A DNA stretch of 41,328 nucleotides from assembly GCA_042217585.1 (NCBI GenBank), contig JBDGSJ010000026.1, positions 5,428-46,755 of the forward strand. The letters are read 5' to 3'. The notes under the pieces were generated by a model, which was not told the DNA's origin, made no database searches, and worked only from the letters and a program-made list of their open reading frames with translations. This document shows, piece by piece, positions 9,182 to 19,005 of this stretch. Within the stretch, counting starts at the first letter, position 1. Every line of letters starts with the position of its first letter. This stretch comes from Candidatus Nanohaloarchaea archaeon. Lineage in GTDB: Archaea; Nanohalarchaeota; Nanosalinia; Nanosalinales; Nanosalinaceae. Made by a program: the position numbers and the translations under genes.

Positions 9182-9820
9182 ATGCTGATCGTCAACTTCA
9201 AGGCCTACAGCCAGGGGACGGGAAGAGATTCTGTCGAACTCGCGGAAAAATGCATCGCGGCTGCCAGGGATACAGGGGAGAAACTGATACTTTCGGTCCA
9301 GCCAGAGGACCTCCTGAGACTCGAGGAAAAGGATGTCGAGGTCTTCGCGCAGCACATCGATCCCGTCGAGCCGGGAAGCCACACCGGCCACGTCCTCGCG
9401 GAGGGTGTCAGGGATGCGGGAGCCTCGGGAACCCTGATAAACCACTCGGAGCGCAGACTGGAAAAGGAAGAGATAGAGCAGGCCGTTGAACGGGCCGAAG
9501 AGCTCGGACTGACGACAGTGGTATGCGCCCAGAGCCCGGAGGAATGTGAGGAACTCAGCGAACTGGAACCAGACTACATCGCCTTCGAACCTCCCGAACT
9601 CATAGGAGGAGACGTGGCGGTCTCGACGGCGAAGCCGGAACTGATCGACGAGGCCGTGGAGAGAAGCGAGGTCGAGGTCCTTGCCGGCGCAGGGATAAAG
9701 GACACTGAGGACGTGGAGAGAGCGATCGAGCAGGGATGCTCCGGCGTGCTGGTCGCATCAGGCGTCGTGAAGGCCGGGGACCCGGAGGAATCGGCGAGGA
9801 GGTTGATGGAGGGACTATGA
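9182..9820 (+). CDS. tpiA: Triosephosphate isomerase (archaeal type)
   Basis: VNFKAY, GSHTG, LINHSERR, AFEPPELIG, GVLVASGVVKA. Confidence 0.96.
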   Translation: MLIVNFKAYSQGTGRDSVELAEKCIAAARDTGEKLILSVQPEDLLRLEEKDVEVFAQHIDPVEPGSHTGHVLAEGVRDAGASGTLINHSERRLEKEEIEQAVERAEELGLTTVVCAQSPEECEELSELEPDYIAFEPPELIGGDVAVSTAKPELIDEAVERSEVEVLAGAGIKDTEDVERAIEQGCSGVLVASGVVKAGDPEESARRLMEGL

Positions 9821-11088
9821 AAGATATATGGGCCAACAGGTACGAAAAGATCGAGGAAAAGATCGGCAGGGACACGGTGGAGGTCCTCGTGGGCTTCAAC
9901 GCGAACATAGACGTGACTTACGCGGTCGAGGACCTTGAACTCGATTTCAGGTCTTCAGAGCCGGAGGACATGGACAGGGTCGACAGCATTGAGGACCTGA
10001 AGTCGGTGCTGCGGTACCACGTCGAGAAGGAGGAGAACGGCGAGGTGGACCTGGGCAGGCTGGACCTCGACCTCGATGGAGGAGATGAATCCGTCGGCGG
10101 ACAGGCTGGGATAATGGCCAACTTCCTCTCCGGGTTCCACAACTCGGTCACTTTCTACACGCCCCTGCTTTCACAGGAACTGGCCGACCTCATGAGAAAG
10201 GATATACTTTACCCGGTGTACGACGGTGGATTCGTGCTGAAGAACGTCCGTGACTCCGCGAACACCGACAGGACCAAGAAGAACAGGATATTCGAGTACA
10301 GCAACGACCGGGGAAGGATGATACTCTCCGACAAGATAAGGGGTTTCAACCCTTACTTCAGGGAGGGGGTGGCGGACCACCTGGAGGAGATGGACGAGCA
10401 CCTGGACCGCGTCCTGCTATCGGGCTTCCACGACGTGAAGCAGGACGTGGAGGGAAGCCTTTCGAACGCCGGCGATCAGATGTCACGGATCGAGACACCG
10501 ATACATTTCGAGTTCGTGGACACGGACAGCGAGAGGATAGAGGCGATCGCGGACCATGTCATCCCTGAGGCGGACAGCCTGGGGCTTGACGAGCACGAGA
10601 TGGATGAGCTGGAGGAGGTCCTGGATCTGGACATCACCGGGGAGGAGGACCGCGTCAGCCTGGGCGAGGCCTACCGTGCGGCGAAGAAGCTGATGGACCG
10701 TTACGGGCTTTCCAGGGTCCACCTCCACACCTACAGGTTCCACGTCGTGGTGACGGACCAGGACTACCCGGTAGGACCGGAGAAGATAAGGGACGCGATG
10801 ATGTGGGGTGAGGTCCAGGCCATAAGGATGGGAGACCTCGGACGGATCCCTGAACTGGAGGACACGCGGAAATCGCTGGACATGGACGACAAGCACCTGA
10901 AGAGGCTCGACGACCTGGAGGACTTCGGGAAGTTCTTCGGTCTGGAGAACTTCGCGGAGGAGGGATTCGCCGAGGTAGAGGACTACCAGGTGTCCGCGAT
11001 ACCCACCATTATACACGAGGACCCGGAGAGGGTCGTGGGGATGGGAGACGTCATCTCCTCCGGGACCTTCGTGGCAGAGCTGAAGTAG
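9817..11088 (+). CDS. ADP-dependent glucokinase/phosphofructokinase
   Basis: GFNANID, GGQAGIMAN, LSGFH, HFEF, VGMGDVISS; ATGA overlap with the tpiA stop. Confidence 0.9.
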   Translation: MKDIWANRYEKIEEKIGRDTVEVLVGFNANIDVTYAVEDLELDFRSSEPEDMDRVDSIEDLKSVLRYHVEKEENGEVDLGRLDLDLDGGDESVGGQAGIMANFLSGFHNSVTFYTPLLSQELADLMRKDILYPVYDGGFVLKNVRDSANTDRTKKNRIFEYSNDRGRMILSDKIRGFNPYFREGVADHLEEMDEHLDRVLLSGFHDVKQDVEGSLSNAGDQMSRIETPIHFEFVDTDSERIEAIADHVIPEADSLGLDEHEMDELEEVLDLDITGEEDRVSLGEAYRAAKKLMDRYGLSRVHLHTYRFHVVVTDQDYPVGPEKIRDAMMWGEVQAIRMGDLGRIPELEDTRKSLDMDDKHLKRLDDLEDFGKFFGLENFAEEGFAEVEDYQVSAIPTIIHEDPERVVGMGDVISSGTFVAELK

Positions 11089-11089
11089 C

Positions 11090-12424
11090 TCAGGAGTTCT
11101 CCTCTATCAGCTCCCGGACCGCTCCCTCGACTTCTTCGAGTATCCTGTCGAGGTCCTCTTCTGTGTCGGCCTCGCACCGGACGCTCATCTTCTCCTCCGT
11201 GTTGGACGGACGGACCAGGGCCCAGCCGTCCTGGAAGTAGATCTTCACACCGTCGACGGTCGAGGTCTCGTGGTCCGAGAAACGGTCCGCCACGTCCTCG
11301 ACCACCGGTTCCTTCGCCTCCTCCGGGCAGTCTATCCTTAGCTCGGGCGAGACAGGGTAATCCGGCATCTCATCGAGCTCCTTCTCGAGGTCCGTGGAGG
11401 ATGCTATCTCGCACATCAGGGCGGCTGAGAAAAGCCCGTCGTCCCATGGAACCTCGAAAACCGGGAAGTAGTAGTGGCCTGAGAGCTCCCCGGCGAAGAC
11501 TATGCCCGGGTCGGAATGTATCTCCTCCGAGATGAAGGTGTGGCCTACACGGGTCTCCATGGGCTCGCCGCCGAACTCTCTTATCTTCTCAGGCACCAGC
11601 TTCGACGCGCGGAGGTCGTGGAGGACCTTTCCTTTTTCCCTGCCGAGAGATTCCTCGGCGAAAAGCGCAAGGACCTCGTCCTCCGTGATGTAGCCCCTGC
11701 CGGGCAGCATGAAGCCGGCGCGGTCTCCGTCGCCGTCGAAGATTATCCCGAGGTCCTTTCCGTCGAGTATACTTTCGAGCTGGTCCTGTGCCTCTTCCTC
11801 TCCCGGCGCGGGCAGGTGGTTCGGGAATTCGCCGTCGACCTCGTCGTTCACCGCCTGGACCTCGCATCCGAGCTCCTCGAGCAGTTCCATTCCCGCCACG
11901 GCCGCGACCCCGTTTCCGAAGTTGACCGCGACCTCGACGCCGTCGGACACCTCCACCTTTTCGGAGACGAAATCTATGTAGTCCTGGACAAGTTCCACAG
12001 TCCTCCTGGAGCCATCGCCCTCACTGAACTCCTCTGACTTGTAGATCTCCTCTATACGGGCCATGCCTCCTTCGCGGGACATCGCGAGCCCGCCTTTCTT
12101 CGTGAACTTGAAGCCGGTGTACTCGGGAGGGTTGTGAGATGCCGTGACGACCGCGGAACCGTCTATACCGCGGTCCACCATCCCGAAGTAGACCACAGGT
12201 GTCGGGACCATCCCCGCGTCCACCACGTCGGTCCCGGTGGACCTTACACCCTTTATGAAGCGTTCAGTTATCTTTTCAGCGTGTTTCCTGCCGTCCCTAC
12301 CGACGAGGACCTCTCCGGCGTCGGTGTAGGTCCCGTAGGCCTTCCCTACCTTTTCTGCCTCTTCCTCGCCTATCTCCTCCGGGTGCTTGCCGCGGAGGTC
12401 GTACGCGTGGAAGAACGAGACCAT
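11090..12424 (-). CDS. Phosphoglucomutase/phosphomannomutase
   Basis: AYDLRG, TASHNP, FDGDGDR, GELSGH, VRPSNTE; ATG 12424 follows GGAGGTGA SD. Confidence 0.93.
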   Translation of the reverse strand: MVSFFHAYDLRGKHPEEIGEEEAEKVGKAYGTYTDAGEVLVGRDGRKHAEKITERFIKGVRSTGTDVVDAGMVPTPVVYFGMVDRGIDGSAVVTASHNPPEYTGFKFTKKGGLAMSREGGMARIEEIYKSEEFSEGDGSRRTVELVQDYIDFVSEKVEVSDGVEVAVNFGNGVAAVAGMELLEELGCEVQAVNDEVDGEFPNHLPAPGEEEAQDQLESILDGKDLGIIFDGDGDRAGFMLPGRGYITEDEVLALFAEESLGREKGKVLHDLRASKLVPEKIREFGGEPMETRVGHTFISEEIHSDPGIVFAGELSGHYYFPVFEVPWDDGLFSAALMCEIASSTDLEKELDEMPDYPVSPELRIDCPEEAKEPVVEDVADRFSDHETSTVDGVKIYFQDGWALVRPSNTEEKMSVRCEADTEEDLDRILEEVEGAVRELIEENS

Positions 12425-12429
12425 CGGAG

Positions 12430-12954
12430 TCACCTCCAGTATCCTTCAAGTATGTCTCTCCGGTTTTCATAGCCCTCCTTCACGTCCTCGAGGGACTCCT
12501 TCATCACCTTGGTGTCGAGAGAGGTCTCCATGAAGCCGCGGTCCTTCTCGTATATCGGAACGAGCTGGACGTGGAGGTGGGGTATGGATTCGCCGGCGGC
12601 CTCCCCTATGTTTATCCCGACATCGATCCCGGCCGGATCGCGGACCTCCCTCTGGAGCTCTTCCACCCTTGAGACCATCTTGAAAAGTCTGTTGCGCTCC
12701 TTTTCCTCAAGTTCTGTCATCGAGTTGACGTGTCTCTTCGGCACCACCATCAGGTGGCCCGTGTTGTACGGGAATATGTTGAGCTCCACCATCAGGAACT
12801 CGTCCTCGAAGACCGTGAGCTTGGTCACCCGTTCATCGTCTTCGGCCTGTGCACAGAACACGCAGTCGATGTCCTCCGGTATCGAGAACTCGTCCTCGTA
12901 CTCCTCGCGTTTGGGACTCCAGAGATACTGCTCATACGGCTTGAGGTCCGTCAT
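12430..12954 (-). CDS. HIT-superfamily nucleotide phosphorylase/transferase with HxHxQ motif
   Basis: CVFC, LNIFPYNTGHLMVVPKRH, GINIGEAAG, HLHVQLVP. Confidence 0.85.
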   Translation of the reverse strand: MTDLKPYEQYLWSPKREEYEDEFSIPEDIDCVFCAQAEDDERVTKLTVFEDEFLMVELNIFPYNTGHLMVVPKRHVNSMTELEEKERNRLFKMVSRVEELQREVRDPAGIDVGINIGEAAGESIPHLHVQLVPIYEKDRGFMETSLDTKVMKESLEDVKEGYENRRDILEGYWR

Positions 12955-12994
12955 AGAAAAAAAATGGAAAATGGAGGATTTAAGGTTACGGGGC

Positions 12995-13756
12995 TCAGAA
13001 CAGGCTGAATTCCTCCAGTGCCACTTTGACCTGATGCGAGAACCCTCTCTCAGGGGGCTCTTCTCCCTGTACCCTGTACGCCACGTCGCTTATGGCGTGT
13101 GAGGCCCTGCAGTTGGACCTGTAGGAGACCACAGGTTCCTTCATGGCGATGGCTTCCCTGACGTGGCCATCGTCCGGAACCTTCCCCACGACCTCTGTCT
13201 CTACCAGGTCCTCAGCGTCTTCAGCACTGACTTCCGAGGTCTCGCCCCTCACTCCGTTAAGGACGAGTCCGATCACTTCTTTGTCCATTTCGTCTGCGAG
13301 TTTTTTGGCTCCAAGGCAGTTCGTCAGAGCAGGCACCTCTGGCTCGGAGACCAGAAGCACCTCGTCTGCCGCTCCTATCGAGGCCTCTACCTCTTCTCCG
13401 ACTCCTGCCGCACAGTCGATGAACACGTAGTCTTTCTCCCCCAAGAAGTCCACGAGCGTGTGCTTCAGCTTCTCTGGATCCGAACTGAACTCAAGCACTG
13501 AGGCCGGGACCACTGAAACGCCCGCGTGGTGCTTCGAAACAGCTTCCGTTATGTAGGCGTCTCCGTCCAGCACATCGTTGAGAGTTACCTCCTGGAACTC
13601 TATTCCGAAGTGCTGGGAGACGTTGGCTCCGGAGAAGTTACCGTCTATTATCAGTACGTCCTCCCCCTGCTTCGAAAGCTCAACGCCCAGGTTGGCGGTC
13701 ATTGTCGTCTTGCCTACCCCGCCTTTTCCCGAGGCTACGGCGATAACCCTTGTCAT
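12995..13756 (-). CDS. minD: MinD-family ATPase
   Basis: ASGKGGVGKTT deviant Walker A; IDCAAG; VLNGV. Confidence 0.88.
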   Translation of the reverse strand: MTRVIAVASGKGGVGKTTMTANLGVELSKQGEDVLIIDGNFSGANVSQHFGIEFQEVTLNDVLDGDAYITEAVSKHHAGVSVVPASVLEFSSDPEKLKHTLVDFLGEKDYVFIDCAAGVGEEVEASIGAADEVLLVSEPEVPALTNCLGAKKLADEMDKEVIGLVLNGVRGETSEVSAEDAEDLVETEVVGKVPDDGHVREAIAMKEPVVSYRSNCRASHAISDVAYRVQGEEPPERGFSHQVKVALEEFSLF

Positions 13757-13803
13757 CGTATGTTATACTTTGTTGCTCGAGGGTTAAAAATGTACTTGAT
13801 TTT

Positions 13804-14571
13804 CTACCTGAAGCGGTCCAAAATCCTGGATATCAGGCCGTCTTCGGACAGATCTGCCTCGTACTCCACGTCGGCTAACTCCGCCGCCACGGCCTTGAAC
13901 CTCTCTGAAACGTGGTGATCTGGATCGTAATGGACCGCCGGCTTCTTGACCGACAGGGCCTTCTCCACTATATCGTGATCAGGGATCTCCATCATCACGT
14001 CGTAACCTATCATCGATTCGACCTCCTCTGGATCGAGCTGGGAGTCATGGTCCTTGACCTTGTTTAGCACGACGCCGAGGATGTCAGTGCCAGCGTCTTC
14101 CGCGACATTGACTGTCTTCAGGGCGTCAGTCACCGCGGGAAGGTTGGGATTGGTGACCACCAGAAGCTCATCCGCCGCCTCTATCGCATTGATCGATTCG
14201 TTTCCAAGCCCGGCCGCGGAATCGATGAGAACGAAATCAGGTTCTCCGACAGTGTCAAGGAGGACGTCTGAGAGGTTCTCCGGGTCAGTGTCCTCCAGAT
14301 CCTCCACCGAAAGCCCTGCCGGGACCACTCTGAGACCCGAATCATGTATGTAAGTGGCCTCGGTTATGTGGGCGTCGCCCTTCAGGACGTCGTGGAGCGT
14401 CTTCGGGTAAAGCGGTATCCCGATGTGGAAACCCAGGTTCGGGTTGGTAAGGTTTGCGTCAAGAACGACCGTGTCTGCGCCGAACTGGTTCAGCGCCGCG
14501 CCGATATTGGCGGACACGGTGGTCTTCCCTACTCCCCCCTTACCACTGCTCACGCAGATAAGCCTGGTCAT
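13804..14571 (-). CDS. minD: MinD-family ATPase with C-terminal amphipathic helix
   Basis: SSGKGGVGKTT, DANLTNPNL, IDSAAG, C-terminal GLISRILDRFR; true start ATG 14571. Confidence 0.9.
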   Translation of the reverse strand: MTRLICVSSGKGGVGKTTVSANIGAALNQFGADTVVLDANLTNPNLGFHIGIPLYPKTLHDVLKGDAHITEATYIHDSGLRVVPAGLSVEDLEDTDPENLSDVLLDTVGEPDFVLIDSAAGLGNESINAIEAADELLVVTNPNLPAVTDALKTVNVAEDAGTDILGVVLNKVKDHDSQLDPEEVESMIGYDVMMEIPDHDIVEKALSVKKPAVHYDPDHHVSERFKAVAAELADVEYEADLSEDGLISRILDRFR

Positions 14572-14694
14572 CGTAGGAAAGGGTTGATTGACAGAATTTA
14601 AAACAGTACGGAAGGAGGAAAAACATCCCGGATCATACCCGGAGGAGAACGGTCGCGGACCTAAATTGAAATAACTTGACGACAATTCATCGGT

Positions 14695-17541
14695 ATGGCC
14701 CAGGATTTTGCGGACAGACTGAACAGCTTCGAGAAAAAATGGCAGGAAAAATGGAGGTCCGAGGAGATATTCCAGCCGGACCCGAACGATGATGACAAGT
14801 TCTTTATCACGGTCGCCTACCCGTATCCGAGCGGCGCCATGCACCTGGGCCATGTCAGGACCTTCACGCTTCCCGACGTCTTCGCACGTTTCAAGAGGAT
14901 GCAGGGCTACAACGTCCTGTTTCCCATGGCGTGGCACGTCACCGGTACCCCGATAATCGGCGCGCTGGACCGGCTGAAGGAGGGAGAGGAGGAACAGATA
15001 GAGACCATCAGGGACACTTTCGGAGTGCCTGAAAATGAGTTCGAGTCCTGGGAGGAGCCGATGGACTTCGCGAACTACTTCATCGAGAACTCGTACAAGA
15101 AGAACATGAAGCGGCTCGGTTTCTCCGTCGACTGGAGGAGAGAGTTCAACACCAACCAGGACCAGTACAACCGGTTCATCGAGTGGCAGTACAGGAGCCT
15201 GAAGGACCAGGGACTTGTCAATCAGGACACGCACCCCACGAAGTACTGCCTGAACGACCAGAACCCTGTCACCGACCACGACCTTCTCGAGGGAGAGACC
15301 GCGGAGAAACAGGAGTACTCCCTCGTGAAGTTCAGGTCCGGCGGAAGAGTGTTCCCGATGGCGACGCTCAGGCCGGAGACGGTCTACGGGGTCACCCACA
15401 CACTGATCAACCCGGAAGAGGATTATGTCGTCGCGGAGGTCGACGACGAGGAATGGGTTATCAGCAGGGAGGCCGCGGAGAAACTCCGCCACCAGGAACG
15501 CGATGTAGAAGTCCAGGAGGAAAAGAGGGGAGAGGAGTTCATCGGCGAGAAAGTCCAGAACCCGGTCACGGGGGAAGAGGTCCTGATCGTCCCCGCGACC
15601 TTCGTGGAACCGGACTCGGGCTCCGGCATCGTGATGTCCGTACCGGCCCACGCACCTTACGACTGGATATCACTGAAGGACCTGAAAGAGGACACGGAGA
15701 TGCTGGAGAAGTACGGGCTGGACCCCGAAGAGGTCCAGTCGATAGAGCCCAAAACCATAATAGATGTCGAGGGATACGGGGACAATCCCGCGAAAGAGGC
15801 CTGCGAGGACCACGGAGTGGAGTCGCAGGACGATGAAGAGGCACTCGAGGAGGCCACTGACGAGGTATACGAGAAGGAGTTCCACACCGGAAGGCTTAAC
15901 GCGAACTGCCAGGACTTCGCCGGCGAGAAGGTATCAGCGGTGAAGGACCGCCTGACACAGCAGTTCGAGAACATGGGAAGGTTCTCATCGATGTACGACT
16001 TCTCGGAGGAGGTGGTCTGCCGGTGCGGCGGCAAGGTCATAGTATCGATGCAGGAGACCTGGTTCCTTGACTACGGGAACGTTGAATGGAAGGAGAAGGT
16101 CCGTGAAAACCTCTCGGATATGGACCTGATCCCCGAGAACATAAGGAACCAGTTCGACCACCAGATCGACTGGCTTGAGGAATGGCCTGCCATCAGGAAC
16201 TACGGTCTCGGGACGGACCTGCCGTTCGACGAGGAGTTCAAGATAGAACCTCTCTCCGACTCGACGATCTACATGTCGTTCTACACGATAAGACACATAA
16301 TCAGGGATATAGATGACGGGAAGCTGACGCAGGAGTTCTTCGACCACGTCTTCCAGGGAGAAGGAACAGCAGAGGAGGTCGCGAAGGAGACCGGAATCGA
16401 CGCGGAGAAGGTTGAAGAGGCGAGAGAATCCTTCGATTACTGGTACCCCCTTGACTGGAGGACCTCCGCGAACGAACTCATACAGAACCACCTCACCTTC
16501 TTCATGTTCCACCACACCGCCCTGTTCGACAGGGAGTACTGGCCCGAGGGCATCGCCACCTGGGGCATGGGACTGCTGGAGGGAGAGAAGATGAGCAGCT
16601 CGAAGGGTCACGTGGTCCTCGCAGAGGAGGCCATCGACAACTACGGAGCGGACACCACGAGGTTCTTCCTTTTCGCCTCCGTCGAGCCCTGGCAGGACTT
16701 CGACTGGAGGAGCGACGAGGTCGAGGAGTACAGGAAGAAACTGCGCAGGTTCTACAACAGGACCCTTGACATCCACGGCTCGGGCGAGGACAGGGAGATG
16801 AACGATCTCGACAGGTACGTGATGTCCCGGCTCCAGAAGATAGAGAGAAAGGCCACAGAGGGACTGGAAGAGTTCCAGACCCGGAAGGCCGGGATGAACG
16901 CCTTCTTCGAGATAAACTCCCTCGTCAACAAGTACCGGAACCGGGCGGACACCCTGAACTCCAGGGTCGTCAGCGAACTGGTGGAGGACCAGATAAAGCT
17001 TCTCGCCCCGTTCACGCCACACATCTGCGAGGAGCTCTGGACCGAGACCGGACACGAAGGACTCGTGGCGGAGGCCGAATGGCCCGAACCCGACGACGAC
17101 CTCATGGATCAGGAAGTCGAGGACGTACAGGGATTCCTCGAGACAACTGTAGAGGACATAAGAGAGCTGTCGGATATAGTCGGAGAGTTCGAGGAGATAA
17201 AGATCATCGCCGCTGGAGACTGGAAGAGAGACGTTTTCAGCGAGCTCCAGGACCTTGTGGAAGAGAGACCCGAGTTCGGAGAGGCCATGGGAAGGCTCGT
17301 GGACGGCAGGAAGGAACATGCCGACCAGATCAAGAGCTACCTGCAGGAATACCTCGAGGAGCCCGGAGACCTCCCTGAAAGAGTCTTCAGCGGGGAGAGA
17401 GAAGTGAAGATACTCGAGGAGAACACCGGTTTCCTCGAAGAAGAGTTCGATGCCGAGGTCCTCGTGGAGCTCGAGTCCGAGAGCAGCGAGGAAAAGGCAG
17501 GACGGGCTGAACCGGGCAAACCGGCGATAGTGCTTGAGTGA
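14695..17541 (+). CDS. leuS: Leucine-tRNA ligase (archaeal type)
   Basis: AYPYPSGAMHLGH, ATLRPET, MSVPAHAP editing domain, KMSSS. Confidence 0.97.
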   Translation: MAQDFADRLNSFEKKWQEKWRSEEIFQPDPNDDDKFFITVAYPYPSGAMHLGHVRTFTLPDVFARFKRMQGYNVLFPMAWHVTGTPIIGALDRLKEGEEEQIETIRDTFGVPENEFESWEEPMDFANYFIENSYKKNMKRLGFSVDWRREFNTNQDQYNRFIEWQYRSLKDQGLVNQDTHPTKYCLNDQNPVTDHDLLEGETAEKQEYSLVKFRSGGRVFPMATLRPETVYGVTHTLINPEEDYVVAEVDDEEWVISREAAEKLRHQERDVEVQEEKRGEEFIGEKVQNPVTGEEVLIVPATFVEPDSGSGIVMSVPAHAPYDWISLKDLKEDTEMLEKYGLDPEEVQSIEPKTIIDVEGYGDNPAKEACEDHGVESQDDEEALEEATDEVYEKEFHTGRLNANCQDFAGEKVSAVKDRLTQQFENMGRFSSMYDFSEEVVCRCGGKVIVSMQETWFLDYGNVEWKEKVRENLSDMDLIPENIRNQFDHQIDWLEEWPAIRNYGLGTDLPFDEEFKIEPLSDSTIYMSFYTIRHIIRDIDDGKLTQEFFDHVFQGEGTAEEVAKETGIDAEKVEEARESFDYWYPLDWRTSANELIQNHLTFFMFHHTALFDREYWPEGIATWGMGLLEGEKMSSSKGHVVLAEEAIDNYGADTTRFFLFASVEPWQDFDWRSDEVEEYRKKLRRFYNRTLDIHGSGEDREMNDLDRYVMSRLQKIERKATEGLEEFQTRKAGMNAFFEINSLVNKYRNRADTLNSRVVSELVEDQIKLLAPFTPHICEELWTETGHEGLVAEAEWPEPDDDLMDQEVEDVQGFLETTVEDIRELSDIVGEFEEIKIIAAGDWKRDVFSELQDLVEERPEFGEAMGRLVDGRKEHADQIKSYLQEYLEEPGDLPERVFSGEREVKILEENTGFLEEEFDAEVLVELESESSEEKAGRAEPGKPAIVLE

Positions 17542-17927
17542 TGAGGAAGAGGATAAACCAGGCAGCGGTCCTGACAACAGCGGGAGTCATAGCCGGATTG
17601 AGCCTGACGAGGGTGAGCGGGGCAGCCGGAAACAGCACGGGTCTTTTCCCGGTTCTGCACTTCCTGGCGTATTTCGGACTGGCAGCCTCTCTACTGGTTT
17701 ACTTCCACGACACTGAAAGAGGACACCTCGAGGCATTCCTGGCTGCCGCGGGCTTCGGACTTCTCCTCGAGCTCGTGCAGAGCTTCCTGCCGTACAGGAG
17801 CTTCTCCCTGCTGGATATAACCGCGAACCTCGCCGGGGCGGCGGTCGTGATGCTGGACCACAGGTCCCGGGCGGTGACAGCGGTGGTGAGATGCGAGGAC
17901 CGGCTGATCGAGAAGATAGTTCAGTAA
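17541..17927 (+). CDS. VanZ-family membrane protein
   Basis: LHFLAYFGL, ELVQSFLPYRSFSLLDITANLAG. Confidence 0.82.
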   Translation: MRKRINQAAVLTTAGVIAGLSLTRVSGAAGNSTGLFPVLHFLAYFGLAASLLVYFHDTERGHLEAFLAAAGFGLLLELVQSFLPYRSFSLLDITANLAGAAVVMLDHRSRAVTAVVRCEDRLIEKIVQ

Positions 17928-18190
17928 CGTTTCAGGCTTTCCTGGAGGTTCCGGTCCATCTCGCTGTCCAGATCCAGCTCCACGTCCATCTCGTTGAGTG
18001 CCTTCCTCTGCGCCCTTACAAGTTTCTCCAGCCGCTCGATCCTCTCGTTCATCCGGGCCATCGCGGTCCATATCTGGGCGACCGAGGGGTTCTCTGCTCC
18101 GTCGTAGACCTCCTCGTAGTTCTCCACGTCGCCGAGAATCTCTTCAAGTGACTGCTCTACTTTATCTGGTAGTTCCCCGGTCCAGGCCAT
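17921..18190 (-). CDS. Small acidic coiled-coil protein, unknown function
   Basis: ATG start, acidic composition, heptad pattern. Confidence 0.75.
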   Translation of the reverse strand: MAWTGELPDKVEQSLEEILGDVENYEEVYDGAENPSVAQIWTAMARMNERIERLEKLVRAQRKALNEMDVELDLDSEMDRNLQESLKRY

Positions 18191-18261
18191 GTTCTTCGAC
18201 TGGTGTCTGAAGCTTTTAACCCTTTTAATGGTTCGCGAGGAATACGGTCACGTGAACCACA

Positions 18262-18912
18262 ATGAAAGAAGGAGATATCGTTCTTGTAGACTATGTCGGG
18301 CGTGCTGACGGAGAGATATTCGACCTGACGATGGAGGACGTCGCTGAAGAGGAAAACTTCAACGCGGGAAGACAGAACTTCGAACCCATCCCGGTCCTGG
18401 TGGGCGAGGGATACGTCATCCCCGGCTTCGAGGAGAAAGTGAAGGAGATGGAGGTCGGCGACGAGGAAGAGTTCGATATACCTTCGGAGAAGGCTTACGG
18501 GAGCAGGGACTCTGATAACATCGAGACCTACCCAGAAAAGGAGTTCGACAGGCAGGACGTCAACGTGAACGTCGGCGACGAGCTAATGATCGGCAGGAGG
18601 AAAGGCCGGGTCATCTCCAAGGGATCAGGCAGGGTCAGGATAGACTTCAACCACCCACTCGCCGGCAAGGACCTCCACTACAGGGCAAAGATAAACGAGA
18701 AGGTCGAGGACGACGAGGAGAAGGCCCGCTACATCTTCAAGTACCGGCTCGGACACGGCGAGATCGAGTTCGAGGACGACACCGCAGTGATCGATCACCA
18801 CCACGAGGAAGAGGACCACCAGCACGAGATACCGGACGATGTGAGGGATGCGATCCGGGAGGAGATAAAGGAGTACACCTCGTTCAGCGAAGTCGAGTTC
18901 CGCGAGGAGTGA
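18262..18912 (+). CDS. slyD: FKBP-type peptidyl-prolyl isomerase (SlyD-like)
   Basis: VDYVGR..GEIFD, VIPGFE, IDFNHPLAGK, His-rich C-terminal patch. Confidence 0.9.
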   Translation: MKEGDIVLVDYVGRADGEIFDLTMEDVAEEENFNAGRQNFEPIPVLVGEGYVIPGFEEKVKEMEVGDEEEFDIPSEKAYGSRDSDNIETYPEKEFDRQDVNVNVGDELMIGRRKGRVISKGSGRVRIDFNHPLAGKDLHYRAKINEKVEDDEEKARYIFKYRLGHGEIEFEDDTAVIDHHHEEEDHQHEIPDDVRDAIREEIKEYTSFSEVEFREE

Positions 18913-19005
18913 AACCAGAGACCTCCTCTCCCCTCAAATCTTTCTTTTCGGCGGCCTGAGCCAATTTTATATACTTTGGTGATTACTTGTTTAACATAAC
19001 AGCGA

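Noticed and set aside
14572..15651. 615-aa MinD with long N-terminal extension (similarly the extended RtcA, YbaK, ADP-kinase and TopA calls)
   Set aside because: The extensions overlap well-supported genes or promoters; family N-termini and SD/TATA positions place the starts downstream.
15985..17577. Long antisense ORFs (also 35554-36816, 37643-38809, 21384-22253, 5476-6213, 40454-41281)
   Set aside because: Shadows of GC-rich, GAG/GAC-biased genes on the other strand; Leu/Val/Arg-rich with no motifs.
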